Origin: Thalia democratica
Taxonomy: Eukaryota
DNA length: 64,000 nucleotides
Direction: 5' to 3'
Assembly (NCBI GenBank): GCA_965202585.1
Contig: OZ241832.1
Coordinates: 65,534,001 to 65,598,000 of the forward strand
Under the pieces are notes generated by a model, which searched no databases, was not told the DNA's origin, and saw only the letters and a list, made by a program, of their open reading frames with translations. Position 1 is the stretch's first letter. Every line of letters starts with the position of its first letter. Position numbers and translations under genes: made by a program. This document shows positions 26,020-39,900 of this stretch, one piece after another.

Positions 26020-26250
26020 ACCGCTTATGTTCGCGGTTTCAAAATGGTATGTTTTAAGTGCAGATTACAATACGCTTAAACAAGTTGTATGGTATAAGAT
26101 TGATTTTACATATAATCAAACTTGTGAAGTTATGTATTGTGGCTGACGTCATTAAAATAAAGAAACTTGATTTGCTTGACTAACTTTGAAGAGATTTGCT
26201 TATAAAAAGTGAATAGTATTACATTTTCTCAACATTGTTTGACTATGTCG
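26020..26250 (+). promoter_or_regulatory. Multi-box cassette copy
   Basis: ACCGCTTATGTTCGCGGT 26020; GTGAAGTTATGTATTGTGGC then TGACGTCA 26144; TATAAAAAG 26201; ATGTCG 26245. Confidence 0.6.
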
Positions 26251-28261
26251 TTTGATTTTATTGAGAATTTTTATTTAATCAACTTAAAATATTACACGTA
26301 GTTTATTCAGATTTTTATGGTATTCGCTCATTTTAAAGTTAAGCTAATACTTTAATATTAATACTAGTTAAGAAAACACTTAATATGAAATAAATTAGTT
26401 TTATGAAAACAATAGTATTGAGTGGATTTCAGTGTTTGAAATAAAAAAATTACATGACACTTACAATTGAAGTATTTAGTACATTAGTAATACTAAAAAA
26501 CTATTATTTTTTAACAACTACAACGGCTACAAAATATATTTCAAAAGTTTCAAAAAAAAAGTCAAAAACTTGTTATAACTTGTTTTTGTTTTGAAATTAA
26601 ATATTTTGAAAACAATATACATTTTAAGAAAGATATTAGTTGTTTACTGTTTTATCTAATTCACATTTTTTGTAAAAAAGTTTTAAATATCAGTTAATAT
26701 CCATTAACAATATCTGCATTATTTATAATTAATTAAAACTTACTTGTTTCTTTGTTTAAAACTTATAATTTTATTTGAGTATTGTTAAAGTTTTAGCAAC
26801 TTGCAAATGTTTACTATCTTTTAAACTAAAATAAAATAAAACAAAATTGTTTAAGATCCGCAGTCCGCACACTATAGAAAACTTCTTTCTCAGGGTACAA
26901 ATAAATAAAACCTTATAGCAATCAATTAAAATATATAACATTAAATTAGAATTTTGATACAACAAGTATAAAAAACTGTAACTATATACTATCAAAAATA
27001 GTCATATATTTTACTAAAAATAATATTTTTTTATTTCAAAAACGAATAATTTAGTTGAAAATTACATGGCTGAATGCGTGATTATATTTAGCGAACCGTC
27101 GATCTACAACCGTTTCATATTTTTACTAATAATAAAAGTGAGTTTTCTGACCGCTGATACAGGAGTAAATTAAACTAATAATTGTGGTTAAATATGTATA
27201 CCGGTTTTTTTAAGGCTTTTAATGTAGACCTTATGTTATACATTTCCGCTTTTTTAGGTTGTTTATTACTTGTATTACTTGTTTATTATTTTTTGCAGTG
27301 AAATTTTTAGATTTTAAAGTGTTATGAAATTACTTAAAGCTTGCTAGTTTTAGTTTTTACATTTTATCAAAAATTATTATAGATTAATTATAAATTTTTA
27401 ATGTTTTTAGTTATAATTTTTACTATAATTTTCAACCAACAAATATTATCTACTAACACTTAGCTTATATTATTTATAATATTTTATCTTACAAAAGTAT
27501 ACTGAAATAGTTCTAATGCTAAAACCAGTAAGTTAGTCTAAGTGAAATTTATAACTTTAATAGTGATATTAAATTTTTTAAAATTTACTAGTTTTAGTTT
27601 TAAACTTTTATATAAAAAATATCATCGTTTAAAATAAAGTTACCCAACACTTTTGGTTATTGTGATTAATTATGTATTTAAAATAATAATTATTATCTAC
27701 TAAACACTATTGAAAACTTTACCTATACTAATCTTTATTCTTTAACTCTTGTCTCTGATTTATAATTTTTTTTTAATTCAAAATGAATATATTTCACCCA
27801 ACAGTTAATACTTACTAACTATATTTGAGATATATATACCTTTGCTAACATTTATTTAAAAAATTTAAATAAATTTTAAATCAATATCTAATTAAAAAAA
27901 TTAAAAATCATGAAGTTTATAATTGATAACTATTAAAACTGCTCCTTTAGTAAGTAAGCAAGCAGTAATTGAATAACTTTGCAATAAACTAAGCCTATAG
28001 TTTAAATTAGAGTCTCCAGATGATAATAACAATAATTAAACTAAGTGGTAAATATTTTGATCTCCTGTTTTGAACCAAAACTCACCTGTAAAATTACTAT
28101 GATTAACTGATAAAACAAAATCATTAGATTACAGAGAAGTTCAGATAACAACAAAAAACGTGCGACGCATCCAGACATCTAAATTTATTTGTATCGGTAC
28201 TTTATTGCACATCAAGTAGCTTTATGTGCAATAAGAAAGCAATTGAAATTATAAAATGTTG

Positions 28262-28461
28262 ACCGCTTAAACTGCGGTTTTAAATTGATGAACTTGAAAA
28301 TTTTTGAAGAAAAGCTTAATCTGTAATAAATTATTTTGAATAAGTATAAAATTTGAGAAGTTGTGTATTGTGTGATGACGTCAGTAGCGAATGTTGAAAT
28401 TCGTCGCAAATTTACTTTTACTTATAAAGGCTTGTTAAAAATAAAGTAGTTTTTTATATCG
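28262..28461 (+). promoter_or_regulatory. Multi-box cassette copy
   Basis: ACCGCTTAAACTGCGGT 28262; GAAGTTGTGTATTGTGTGA then TGACGTCA 28376; inverted GTCGCAAA 28403; TATAAAG 28423; ATATCG 28456. Confidence 0.6.
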
Positions 28462-28873
28462 GTTTTAAAATAGTTTTTGCAAAAAATCCTCAATTAAGTT
28501 CATCAAAATTTATCTTTTTTATTTCTCTATTTTTTTTTTTGTATTTTATAAAACACTAACTAAAAACCTTATATTTAAAAACTATTTACAATTGCAATAC
28601 TTTAAATCAGTTCATAATTTTTTTGCTGAAACCTAGTATAATATTAATGAAAATTTTTATTATAGATTTTTTTAGATAATTTTATTAAAAGTATTTATCA
28701 TATTCACTTTTAACCACACTTAAAGAAAAAATGTAGTATATACTACTAGTGATTAGTTTTCGTGTTGTTAATAAAAAACGAAGTTAAATCGTTTATAATC
28801 AATTTATTTTAAAGAAAACTTTTACAGCAACTTTATGCTAACCTGAAGAAAGCAGTTGTAGCTATGAAATTTG

Positions 28874-28992
28874 ACCGCTTTTACTTCCGTTTTGTATTGA
28901 TGACTTTAAAGTTCATTTTAATAAAATATTCATCTTCATTATATTATTTTGAATAAGTATGACGTTTGTGAATCGATGTATTGTATGAACAA
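28874..28992 (+). promoter_or_regulatory. Degenerate cassette copy
   Basis: ACCGCTTTTACTTCCGT 28874; TTGTGAATCGATGTATTGTATGAAC about 95-115 bp later; the CRE is lost. Confidence 0.4.
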
Positions 28993-30459
28993 GCTTCTTG
29001 TTTAATTAAGCTTATTAATAATTATTATAGCAAGTGTTTACAATAAAAAATTTTTAGTATTTTACTTTCAAGTTTAATTGAAAGTTTTACAAAAACTTTT
29101 AACTTGATAAAAAATTGTATATAGCTACTCAAATGACTTTGTAAAAACTTATTTGAAATTAAAGTTATTTAGTAATATATCATACATAATTAAAAAACTC
29201 TGTTTAAACAATTGTTAATTAACATTGATTGGGAAGAAAACTTGTTTAAAAAGTAAAGAAACGTTACCTTGTTTTTATTAGTTTATGAAACACATAAGAA
29301 ATTAACAAATCATTTTTTGGTCAAGGAATGTTTTTTGATCTTTTCAGTTCTATTTTAAAGCTTAGTTTTTTAAGTCCAAGTAAATGATTGTGTTTTAGTC
29401 TTGTTCATAGTTTGTAAAAATTAAAAACTGTAGTAAAGAACAACTTGAACTAAATATTGACTTAATAACAAAACCAAAAAAAAATTAGTTGTGAATTAGT
29501 AACAAAAAAATTAACATTTTTACAAGTTGTTGTGGAAAGCAAGAGGAAAAATTAAATTTAAAAATTACTTTTAGTTTTATATCAAATAAGTTTTTTAATG
29601 TAAAGTTATTATAAACTGATAATTAAAAAGCTTAAAAATTTTTTTTACATAAATATTTAAGCATCCGAGATAATTTTATTACATCTTTGTTTTTATTTAT
29701 AACATAGTTTTAATCTATTTAGCAATTGTAGAAACCTTGTTAACATCAACTAGTCAAAATATCTAAACATTGGTGCTTTTAGCTAATTAGTAAAACTAAA
29801 AGTATTATTAAAACAAATTGAAATTATATAAAACGCGACAGCTTTAATAAGAGGTAAAACTTAATAACTTTTCTGTCTAATTACACCTTGTAACAGTTTA
29901 TTAACAATACTTTTTTTCAAATAAAATATGAATAAAAAGTTGTTTTAAGTTATTGTTGAAATAGTTCAAAGATATAAAAAACTTATATTATAAATATTTT
30001 ATTTTGTGCTGTATAAGCATTTATAAGACTTAAAATATTTAATTTAAGAATTGCACTTTTAATAAAATCTGTAACCTTTTGATTGACTAAGGTAAACTTA
30101 CTATCTGTTTTTAATAGTTTGAATGAAAACATAATTGATAATTAGTGAAAAGACTTATTTTATTTGTAACAACTTTTCTAAGGTTATTGCTTATAGAAAA
30201 AAGTTTTTTGATGATAAACACTTAATTCAAAAATTTATTAGTCACGAAGTTTGTTATCAATTAATATTCAAACTACGTTTATAGTAAGTAATCAAGTAGT
30301 AATTGAATAACTGCGTAATAAAGTAAACCAGAAGTTATTATAAAAACAAAAACCATGCCATGCGTCTGGCTGGACATTTAAATTTATTTGTATCGATATT
30401 TTATTGCACACAAAATAGCTTTATGTGCTAAAGAAAGCAATTGAAACAATGAAATGTTG

Positions 30460-30915
30460 ACCGCTTGAACTGTGGTTTTAAAGTGGCGATTCAGTATTTG
30501 AACATTATCTTAAAAAGTAGTTTAAACTTAAACTAAAGGGTAGAATCATTTTGATTCAAAGTAAACTATATTAACTTCGATGAACTGATTGAAACATATT
30601 CATGTTATTTCAGAGAATTTTTTGTTAAAACAAATATAAACAAAGCATCCAGACGTTTAGGTTTATTTGCAATGAAATTTGATTTTACTGCGCAACAAAT
30701 AGTTTTAAGTGCTGAAGAATTGAAACAATGAAATGTTGACCACTTGAACTGCAGAGTGGCAATTCAGTATTTGATGATGAACATTATCTTAAAAAGTAGT
30801 TTTTGAAAAAATTTGTGAAGTTAATGCGAGATGACGTCATCAGCGAAAATTAAAATTTGTCGCAAACTGATTATTTATAAAAGCTTGTTATAAAGAAAGG
30901 TAGTTTTTAATGTCG
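30460..30915 (+). promoter_or_regulatory. Cassette copy with a locally duplicated first box
   Basis: ACCGCTTGAACTGTGGT 30460; ACCACTTGAACTGCAG 30739; TGACGTCA 30832; inverted TGTCGCAAA 30858; TATAAAAG 30876; ATGTCG 30910. Confidence 0.55.
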
Positions 30916-32724
30916 GTTGTTAACGTATTTTGCGCAAAAAAATCGTCAATTAAGTTTATTTAAGCTCACCTGTTTTTTTCTTGTTCTTTTTTTTTTGTAT
31001 TTTTTACGACACTAACTAAAAACCTTACATTTGAAAATTATTTACAACTGCTATACTGTAAATCAGTTTGTAAACTTTTTATTTCAAAACTAATATAATA
31101 CTTTAGATAAACGATATATTACATTTTCTACGTAATTTTATCAAAAATATCTATCGTATTCACTTTTAAACATTTTTCTGCTTTGAACTAAATAATTAAC
31201 CTTCTTACACTTAATTGAAATTTTTCCTTAAACAGCTTAAAATGATTTACTTTGTTTTACTACAAGAATGTTTAAACTTTTTGTTTTTTATATAAATAGC
31301 AATTTTAAGTATTATTAGTTTTCAAGATAATAATGAAAAACTTAATTAAATCAATTATACTTAGTTAATTTTAATCAAAAAGTTTTACAGTAACTTTATG
31401 CTAACCTTCGATTTTAGTTATAAGCAAACTTAACTAATAGTAAAAACATTTTTGTTGCAAATAAACAATTTGTTGAGCATTATAAGTTCACGTTTTTGTA
31501 TTCTGCTTGTAATACAGTCTAAAACTTTTTTTAAATATAATAAACGTGACTTTTTATTTGGTTTCCTTTATAATATTTAATTGATTATTTTGCCTGACGA
31601 ACATTTTTTTTAATTGATCTATAAGGTATTTAATTGCATGAGTGAAGTCATTGCATGATAAAGTATAAATGCATCAAAATTTGTATAGAACTCCAGTTCG
31701 AAACGTTTTGTCTTTAAAAAAAAAACTGTTACTTTTTTGTTTAATTTACTAAAAAGAAAAAAAATAAAATAAAAACCTTGTCTCATAAGTTGTTTTTATT
31801 TGTATACAAAAAAATAAGTACTAATTATTCAATCTAAATTAAGAATCAATAATATAAGTTTTAGTTATAAAAAAGTAATTTATTAAGCAAGTTTTGTTGT
31901 ACACAAATGTAGTTGTAACTGTTTTTTTTTAATTTTTAACTTTTTGGTGGTTTAATAGAGTTATACCATAAAGTTTCTTAAAATATTTGTTTTTTTAAAG
32001 AACATTCAGTTCGTAATAAGATTTTTAATTTTGCTGCATTAGATTTAAATTTCTACAAATTATATTCTGAAATTTTTAATTTTTATATTCCTACACTTGC
32101 GTTTTGCAAACTTTCACTTTATATATTTCAAAGTTGTAGATGATATGTAGGATACTTCTTAAGAGATGTGTTTTGAATTTTTTCAAAAGTATAAACGTTA
32201 ATTTTGGAATATGTAAAGGATTTTTTTCTTTAAAGCCATAAAAGTTTTTGATAACTTTTGTTTTTCATAAAACTACAAAAATAGCATTAATTCGGTCTTA
32301 GTTAAGTCCTTTGCTTTGTTTTACTTTTAAGAAAAAGTTTGTAGATTTAGTTGCATCAACGTTTGATTTTATCACACAACTAATACCTTTCTATTTTGAA
32401 GAAACTAGATGAAGCTATAAACTATTTAACATTTTACAACTTGTCCTATAAGAACTTCGTGGACAAAAGTCTTTTGATTTAAAAGTTAAAGGTTTACAAA
32501 AACGTTATATTTTTTTTTAATTGGTAAAGTTTATAAAGTTTGTAGTTCAACGCAATCAATGTTTCATTTTACATTTTAACTTGTCTATATGCTTAAATTT
32601 TTAAATATAAAAAACAATTTTTTAATATAAATAATACTTTGTGAACTTTATTTATTACAAGCAAGGAATTTTTTTTTGTAATTGAAATATTTTTTTTACA
32701 TTAATAGAAATTAGGTAAAGCTAG

Positions 32725-32845
32725 CTGCAATTGAAACAGCTTAAAATATAAGATGAACATTGGATATTCATAGCACTGATTTATAAAATAACTTTTCATA
32801 TATATATTTATCAATGAAGTGGTGTATTGTGTTGTGACGTAAGCA
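32725..32845 (+). promoter_or_regulatory. Partial cassette copy
   Basis: TGAAGTGGTGTATTGTGTTG then TGACGTAA 32835; the first box has decayed (ACAGCTTA). Confidence 0.45.
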
Positions 32846-33446
32846 AAAGCATAAACAATTAAAATTGACGCTTTTAATAGAAATGAGATTGATTTTATTT
32901 CCTTTTTTAAAGTTGCTTGTTATATTACGCTGATAATTAATAAGTGTAGAGAATACTTGTAGAAATATACATTAGTAACTAAAATTTTACTGCTTACCTT
33001 AAATTCAATTTTTTTTTCAATCATTAACTTGATAAAAAATATTATTGCTGCCAAACTGACTTTGTTTTCATTTATTTAAAGTTAAAGTTGTTTGACTTTA
33101 TGTCATACATAATTAAAAATATTTTTTTTAATATTTTAAAATAATACTAAATTGGAACAAAACTAAGTAAAAAACTTAAACTTAATTTTTTAGTTCTTTT
33201 TAAAAGCTTAGTTTTTAAATCTCAAGTGATTTTTAGTATTTTAGTCTTTGTCAACATTTAATTTAACTATTTGAAAAAACATCTTAACGTTTGTTAATAT
33301 AGGTATAAATGTTGTGTTTACAACTTTTATGTTTACCAATAAAAAGTGAGACATTTTGTTGAGTAAAAATATATTGAACTAAATTTGCAACTAGAAATTC
33401 TCATTTACGAACTTTAACGTATATTGCAAGACTTGATGTAGTTATT

Positions 33447-33566
33447 GTCGCATATTTTGCGGTTGAAAATATTTATTTGCAGAAGTGAAATCATGCAAGC
33501 ATGTGTAATATATTCCACAATAAAATTTAATATCAATGAATTGATGATTTGTGGTGTGACATAAGC
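33447..33566 (+). promoter_or_regulatory. Degenerate cassette copy
   Basis: GTCGCATATTTTGCGGT 33447; TGAATTGATGATTTGTGGTG then TGACATAA 33557. Confidence 0.45.
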
Positions 33567-34374
33567 AGCAAATATTCAAACTTCTGTTGGAAATTAACTT
33601 TTATTTTAATATTTATGTTTAACAGAAACGTTAAATTTTTATTTTTAAGTTAATTCTAATGTAAAAATATAAGTTTTTATGAATTTTAAAGTATACAAGA
33701 GCTAATTTTTAGGCAAGTTTTAAACTGTTTTTTTATGATTAAAAAAAACTTTAAATGTATTTTATTATTGTTCATTTTTAAATTTACCAAGTATACAATA
33801 CTTTTATCCTAATTAACTATAAATTTTTTACTCACACAGCTTTGAATTTTTTTATAATCTCAACTTATTTATTAAATAGTTTCTTTACTTTTATAAGTTT
33901 ATTTGATTTTGAAAGGTTTTTAATATTTTACTAAAGAAAAAAAAACTTATTTAAACAGCAGAAAAACTACAAATAGTTTTTGATATTTTATAAAAGTAAA
34001 GCCTAAGGAATTAGTTAATATTTCAAGTATGAATAATTACTAACTTAATTTTTTATAACTTTTTATTAATTTATTTTTGATTTTATGATGAAATTTAGTT
34101 AAATGCAATTAGTTTAGAAAAATCTAGTCAAAATTGATATTAAAGTTTTATTTAATTGTCATTGTGAGCAAAACTAAGTACAACGATTGATCTAACAAAT
34201 TCAAAAAAAATGATACAATGTAACTATTTTGTTAAACTTATATTAACTCCTTTTTTGTGTTTTGATTAATATTCAATTTACTTAAACAATATACAAATAT
34301 GAAAAATTAAATTAGAAAGCAAAAATTTAAGATATCTGTAGAAATTGAGAAAAATATTGTATATAATATAACAA

Positions 34375-34492
34375 ACCGCTTAGAATCGCAGTTTTAAATT
34401 GAAAAATTAACTAAACCGAGCTAAAATTAACACAAAATTCGCTGAACAACAATATTTTATCATTGAAGCCATGTATTTGTGGTGTGATGTGA
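34375..34492 (+). promoter_or_regulatory. Degenerate cassette copy
   Basis: ACCGCTTAGAATCGCAGT 34375; TGAAGCCATGTATTTGTGGTG then TGATGTGA 34485. Confidence 0.45.
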
Positions 34493-35554
34493 GTAACGAA
34501 TATTTAGATTTCCATTTGAAATTTTGAACATTATATTTACTTTTTTTTTATAACTGAAAAATTTATGTTTGTAAAAAAATAGTGAAAAATTCTAAATAAG
34601 ATAAAAACAAAAAAATCTTCTAAAAATTACCATAAAATTACTGAAATTAAATTGCTGTAAAACTCAACTGTAAGATAGCTTAGATTAGCTGATTAGAACA
34701 AAAACTCGACGAAAAATCACAAAACAACTTTTTTGTACGAAACCGTAAAATTACTGTGACTGACAAATTAAAAAAAAAAATAATAATAATGTGCCACTTT
34801 TGTAGAAGTAGTTGCATCAAGATTTGATTTTAGTACACAGAAAATAACTTAATGTTTTGGAGAAAAATGAAACTATAAAACTTTTGACATTTAAAATTGG
34901 TTGTATAAGAATTTTACGAAAAAATGTATTTTGAACATAAAAACTTTAATTTGTTTAGAATAGGTAAAATTTAAAAAGTTTGTAATTTTAAACAACCAAT
35001 GTTTCGTTTAGCATAATAAGTTTTTTACATGCTTAAATTTTGAAAAGTTGAATTTAAAAAGACAATTGTTTTTTTAATATTTTTTCAAATATTATATTAA
35101 AGCTAACTTTTACTTATGCATCTAATCTCCAAACTTTAAGCATTTTTATTAATTTTTTAATGAAAATCATGGAGATAAATTAAAATAATTATCTTCTTTG
35201 GTTTTGTATAAGTTTTTTTTTATTCAAATATTTATAACAAATTTATTATTACAGATTGTTTTTTGTACAAAAGCACTTAAGCTATCGAGTTATTTTTTAC
35301 ACCTTTTATTTTTCTTTTTATACAACATTACATTAAGTAATTATAAAAAAAATTAATGTATATGTAAAACTAAAAGTAGAATTAAAAACTATATGTTATG
35401 CAACAGTTTTAACAGATCAAACTTTATAAGTTTCAAATCATTGTACACGTTGTACAAAATATTAAGTAAATATTTTTTCGAAATTAAGTTTGAATAAAAC
35501 TTGTATTAACTATTTAACTGACAAAACTATTTAGAATATACGTTCGTCTTAAGC

Positions 35555-35910
35555 TTGAATACACAAGTTTGGTCACTCTATTTCAAAAAAGACATTAACA
35601 AAATTGAGTCTATGCAAAGAAATTTTACCCGTTTGTTATGTAGTCGTTGTAACATATCCATTAGATCATATAATGATAGATTGGTTAAAGTTGGATTGAA
35701 ATCTCTAGAATATAGAAGATGGGATACTGATTTATTTACGCTTAGTAATATTATTAATAGCAATCATAAGGTTTATTTTTATTTAAAAATAAAATTTTAA
35801 AAACAGTCAGTGGCAAGGTTCATTTTTTCACAGAGCAAAGACTATGTGGAAAAAGTTACCACAGGATGTGGTATCGTGTGAGAGGGTGGAACATTTTAAA
35901 ACTAAAAAAA
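35555..35910 (+). mobile_element. CR1/L2-type LINE 3' fragment
   Basis: VWSLYFKKDINKIESMQRNFTR...SYNDRLVKVGLKSLEYRR..DL matches the CR1 RT C-terminal pattern WSPxxKKDIxxLExVQRxFTR...Y..RL..LGLxSLExRR. Confidence 0.85.
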
Positions 35911-36969
35911 AAATTCAATAGTATAAACATTAATAATATGCAGTAACTTTCCACAAAAAACAAAAGATAAAAATAAACAAATAAAATTTTTGTTATACTT
36001 ATTTTTGTGATTTTTGTGATTTTTTTTGCAATATTTATTTATTTCGTTTCCCTACGCCTCCCCCCTTACAGACTATTAATTTTATTTTATTAATTTTGTT
36101 TAAATGTGTTCGTATGTACTAAATTGTCGCCTTTTATATCAAGCAAATAAGTTTAAACTTATTAAGGAGTTTTTTATAAATTTATCTTGGTTTAATGTTT
36201 TATTTATGTTTATCTTCGTTGAGTACAAATGTATTTCATTTTATTTTTATTGTTCTCATTGTGTGTCCTGTTTTAAAGCTTAGGTTTTGATGCCTGAGTC
36301 CAACATTGCACAACACACTATATATTAAAAATAATAAAACAGATTTTAAGATAGAATAAACTTGTACTAAAAATATTTAATTTTGTACTGTGAATGAATT
36401 TATGAAAACTTTATTTAAAACTATTGATAAATTCTGTTCCCTTCCAATTGACTAGTAGTAAAGTAACTATTTATTTTCTAAAGTTTGAATGAAAACATAG
36501 CTGATAATAAGTTAAAAAAAACTTCTTTTATTACAAAAACTTATTTCAAGTTATTGCTTAAAGAAATAAAAGTTTTTTGATGATCAATATTTATTTAAAA
36601 AAAAGAAGTTGATTATTAATAAATATTCAAACTGCGTTTTTAGTAAGTAAGCATTAATTAAATAAGTTTATAATAAAGTAAACCTTTACTTCTAATACGA
36701 GTTTCTAGGTTTTAAAGACAATAACTAAACTAACGAAAAAATATTTTAATTACCTAACTTAGACCAAAACTCACCTATGAAGTCATCATGATTAACTTTT
36801 TAAATGTAAACTTCTAAACAACTGTGATTATATGATTGAAATAAAATTTTAATATTATAAAGAAACTAATGTTATTGATGCAAAAACATACAATGCATCC
36901 AGACATTAAGATTTAGTTGCATCTATATTTTATTGCAAATAAAACAGCTTTATGTGCAGAAGATATTAT

Positions 36970-39900
36970 ATGTCTATACTTAATTTTAATAACTTTCAAA
37001 CGCAGTAGTAAATAAATAAAATAAAATATTTTATTAAGTACCAACTGAATTTAAGTTCGTAAATTTTCTTCTGGTTTTTATTAAAAGTAATAAAAATAAT
37101 GATTTATAAATGTTTATATAAAAAGGTTGGCCACTGGTAAACTTTTAACTATTCATAAGTAAAAAAATGATAGACTGTCTGCAAATTGTATCTTCATGAA
37201 TTAAAACAATTAAACTTTAATTTATAGTTGCTTAAGAACAAAGTTGTTTAAATAAAAAACTAAAATTTATTAACAAAATAGAAACGGCAAAAGCTATGAA
37301 ACGTTGAAAGCAGACTAATCAAATTTTAAAATTGATGCAGAATTACCACAATTTGAATCTTTGCTGTCATAAGTAATCAGTAACAAACAAAACAACGTTA
37401 ATTTTAAAATATGAAGACGGTATTAAGCTATTTCGATCATCATCTTTACAGCTAAAAACTCTCTAGTTTAATTTTTTAAAATTGACTTAAATATATTTTA
37501 TCTGAAAACAGCTTTAAACTTATTTATACATCACAAACTTTTAAATGATTCAAAATTCTAAGGTGTAAAAACATTTAATGAAAAATTCTAAAAAAAATTA
37601 TTAAACTTTTTATTTTGAAATTTTGATATCATATCATTAACGCTTGTACAAATTAAAAAAAGTAAAAACTTAACTTTTGCTAAACTTCAAGTTTCATTTC
37701 TAAATTTTTCACAAAAACACCAATTTGTTCAGCTGATTGAAAATTTGTTTTTCTAATTAGCACATAAGTTCAAAGGTTAAAATCAATAGAAGGAAAGGAA
37801 AAATTAAATCTTACTAACTCTGTTTCATCCATACACATACAGTGTATCAAGTTGTACTACAACATGGACAATGATGTTTTGGATGTATGTTATTGTGAGT
37901 TTATTTGCTTCTTTAAAGATTAAAAAAATTATGAAGTATGTTTTGATTTATTTAACTTATTGTTTTTGAAGAAAAATATAAACATTGTTCATCAATTACA
38001 AATTAAAAAGTAAATAATGGATGTTTAAAGTTCATTTGCTGTGTAGAAGTAAAACAAAATTTGTTTATAACTAGTTTGTTTTAATTACTACTGGTAACTA
38101 TTTAATTAAGATATTTGAATATTAGATTGCTTTATTTGATTAAATGATTGTACTGAAGGAATTCTTCTGATTAGAAATAAATAATTGTTGTAGTTAAAAC
38201 CACCCTTGTTTGTTTCATCACATTTTTTGGCATCTAAGTGTTTTAAAATTTTAATACTAGAAAGCTTAACTACTTTGGATATATTCCCTAATACAGGGTT
38301 GCTAACAAATTTGACAATAATACTCTGACTAAAAGCATAAAAAATAAAACATTTAAAGTGAACTTACTAAATTCTGAAGATTTATAAAAAATGCTGGTCA
38401 TATATCTGTAATTTAGTTTCAGATCAAAGATTTTAATCTCCTGAGTAAGTTTAAGATTATGTTTTGTTAAAACAATTACTTGACCACTCTGGCTTTAAAA
38501 ATTTTCACTTGTAAATAGGATGTTAAGTTTGTAAAGGTTAAAAAATAAAAATAATAAAAACCTATGTAAATAATAATGTCTTTGAGACAATTTGTATTGT
38601 TTGCATACTAACATCTTACTTAATTAATTCTGCTTTGGTTTATTTTTAATCCTTTTTAGTATTTATGCTTATTAACAGTGCATTCAAGGCTGTAGAGGTA
38701 GAGGGTAAAACACATTGGATTATCCTGGTTTAGTTTAACAGGGTGGCCATTTTATGTGGAATTTTATAAAAATGGTTAAAAAGCTTTGAATTTGATACTT
38801 TTAGAAAATCCTAAAATTCTTAACAAGATTACAAGAAAAATAATAAGTTTTAGATAAGATAAAAAATATTCAGAAAAACACATTAGTTTCAACTTTATTT
38901 ATCATAAAATAAATTTTTAGAAGCATTACAGAAGCATTTTAGTTATCGAATACCTTTTTCTCAAATGTTACTTCTTGAAAAATTTTTTACTAAAAGAAAA
39001 AAGAAAGCTTGTACTTTTGAAAACCAAGAAATTTATTAAAGGCATAGAGATGGGAGTGGGCTCAGACATTTTTTTACTAAATATAACATTGGATCTTAAG
39101 TGAAAGCTTGAAGTACAAACTATAAGCCAGTTTTTATAAAATTCTAAAATCTTATTTTACTTTTGAGATATGGTAATTTTTATAAACAGTTTCTGATACA
39201 AACATATGGACTGAAAATTTTTTGAAGTCAATTTTCTCGGAAATTTAAAAAAATCACTAAAAATATATCTTCTTCATATTTTGAGCTAGAGACCTCAACT
39301 TTAGGAAACGTTCCATTTATAGCTTTTTATAAACTTTGAGTGTTGGAGTTTTCAAAATATAAGAAAATAAAAATTTTAGATAAAAAAAGCATTATGAAAA
39401 TTTTATTTTTCAAATTTAAAAAAATCCTGCTCTCAATCTTTTTACAATTTAATTATAAATTTTCTTAAAAATTTGAAGAGGATTACTTAAAAAATGTAGG
39501 AAAATATAGATTAAATTAAATGGTCCCTTTTTTTTGCGTTTTTAATTTGTGCCCTCTATTAGGAACCTACTGAGGTCAACAATTTTGATCGCTCATATCT
39601 CAAAAGTTACTTCAAATGTTTTCAAGCAGTTAAAACTGTCTGATATCTCAAGAGAAAAAACTCTATAAAATAAGATCAACTTGTAAAAATCCAGGTTAAC
39701 CCTCCTATGCCCTTAATTAGTTGTTACTTTTGACTAAGCTACTTTGTGCTTTCAACCCATATAACTGAATTTTAAAACAACCAGATCATTTTTAAAGTTT
39801 TGAGAAAGGGTTGACTAAAATATTCTTCAAAACTATTTTATTACGCGTTATACATTACTTGAACTTAAAAAATAAAATCAAACAGTAAACAAAAAACATG

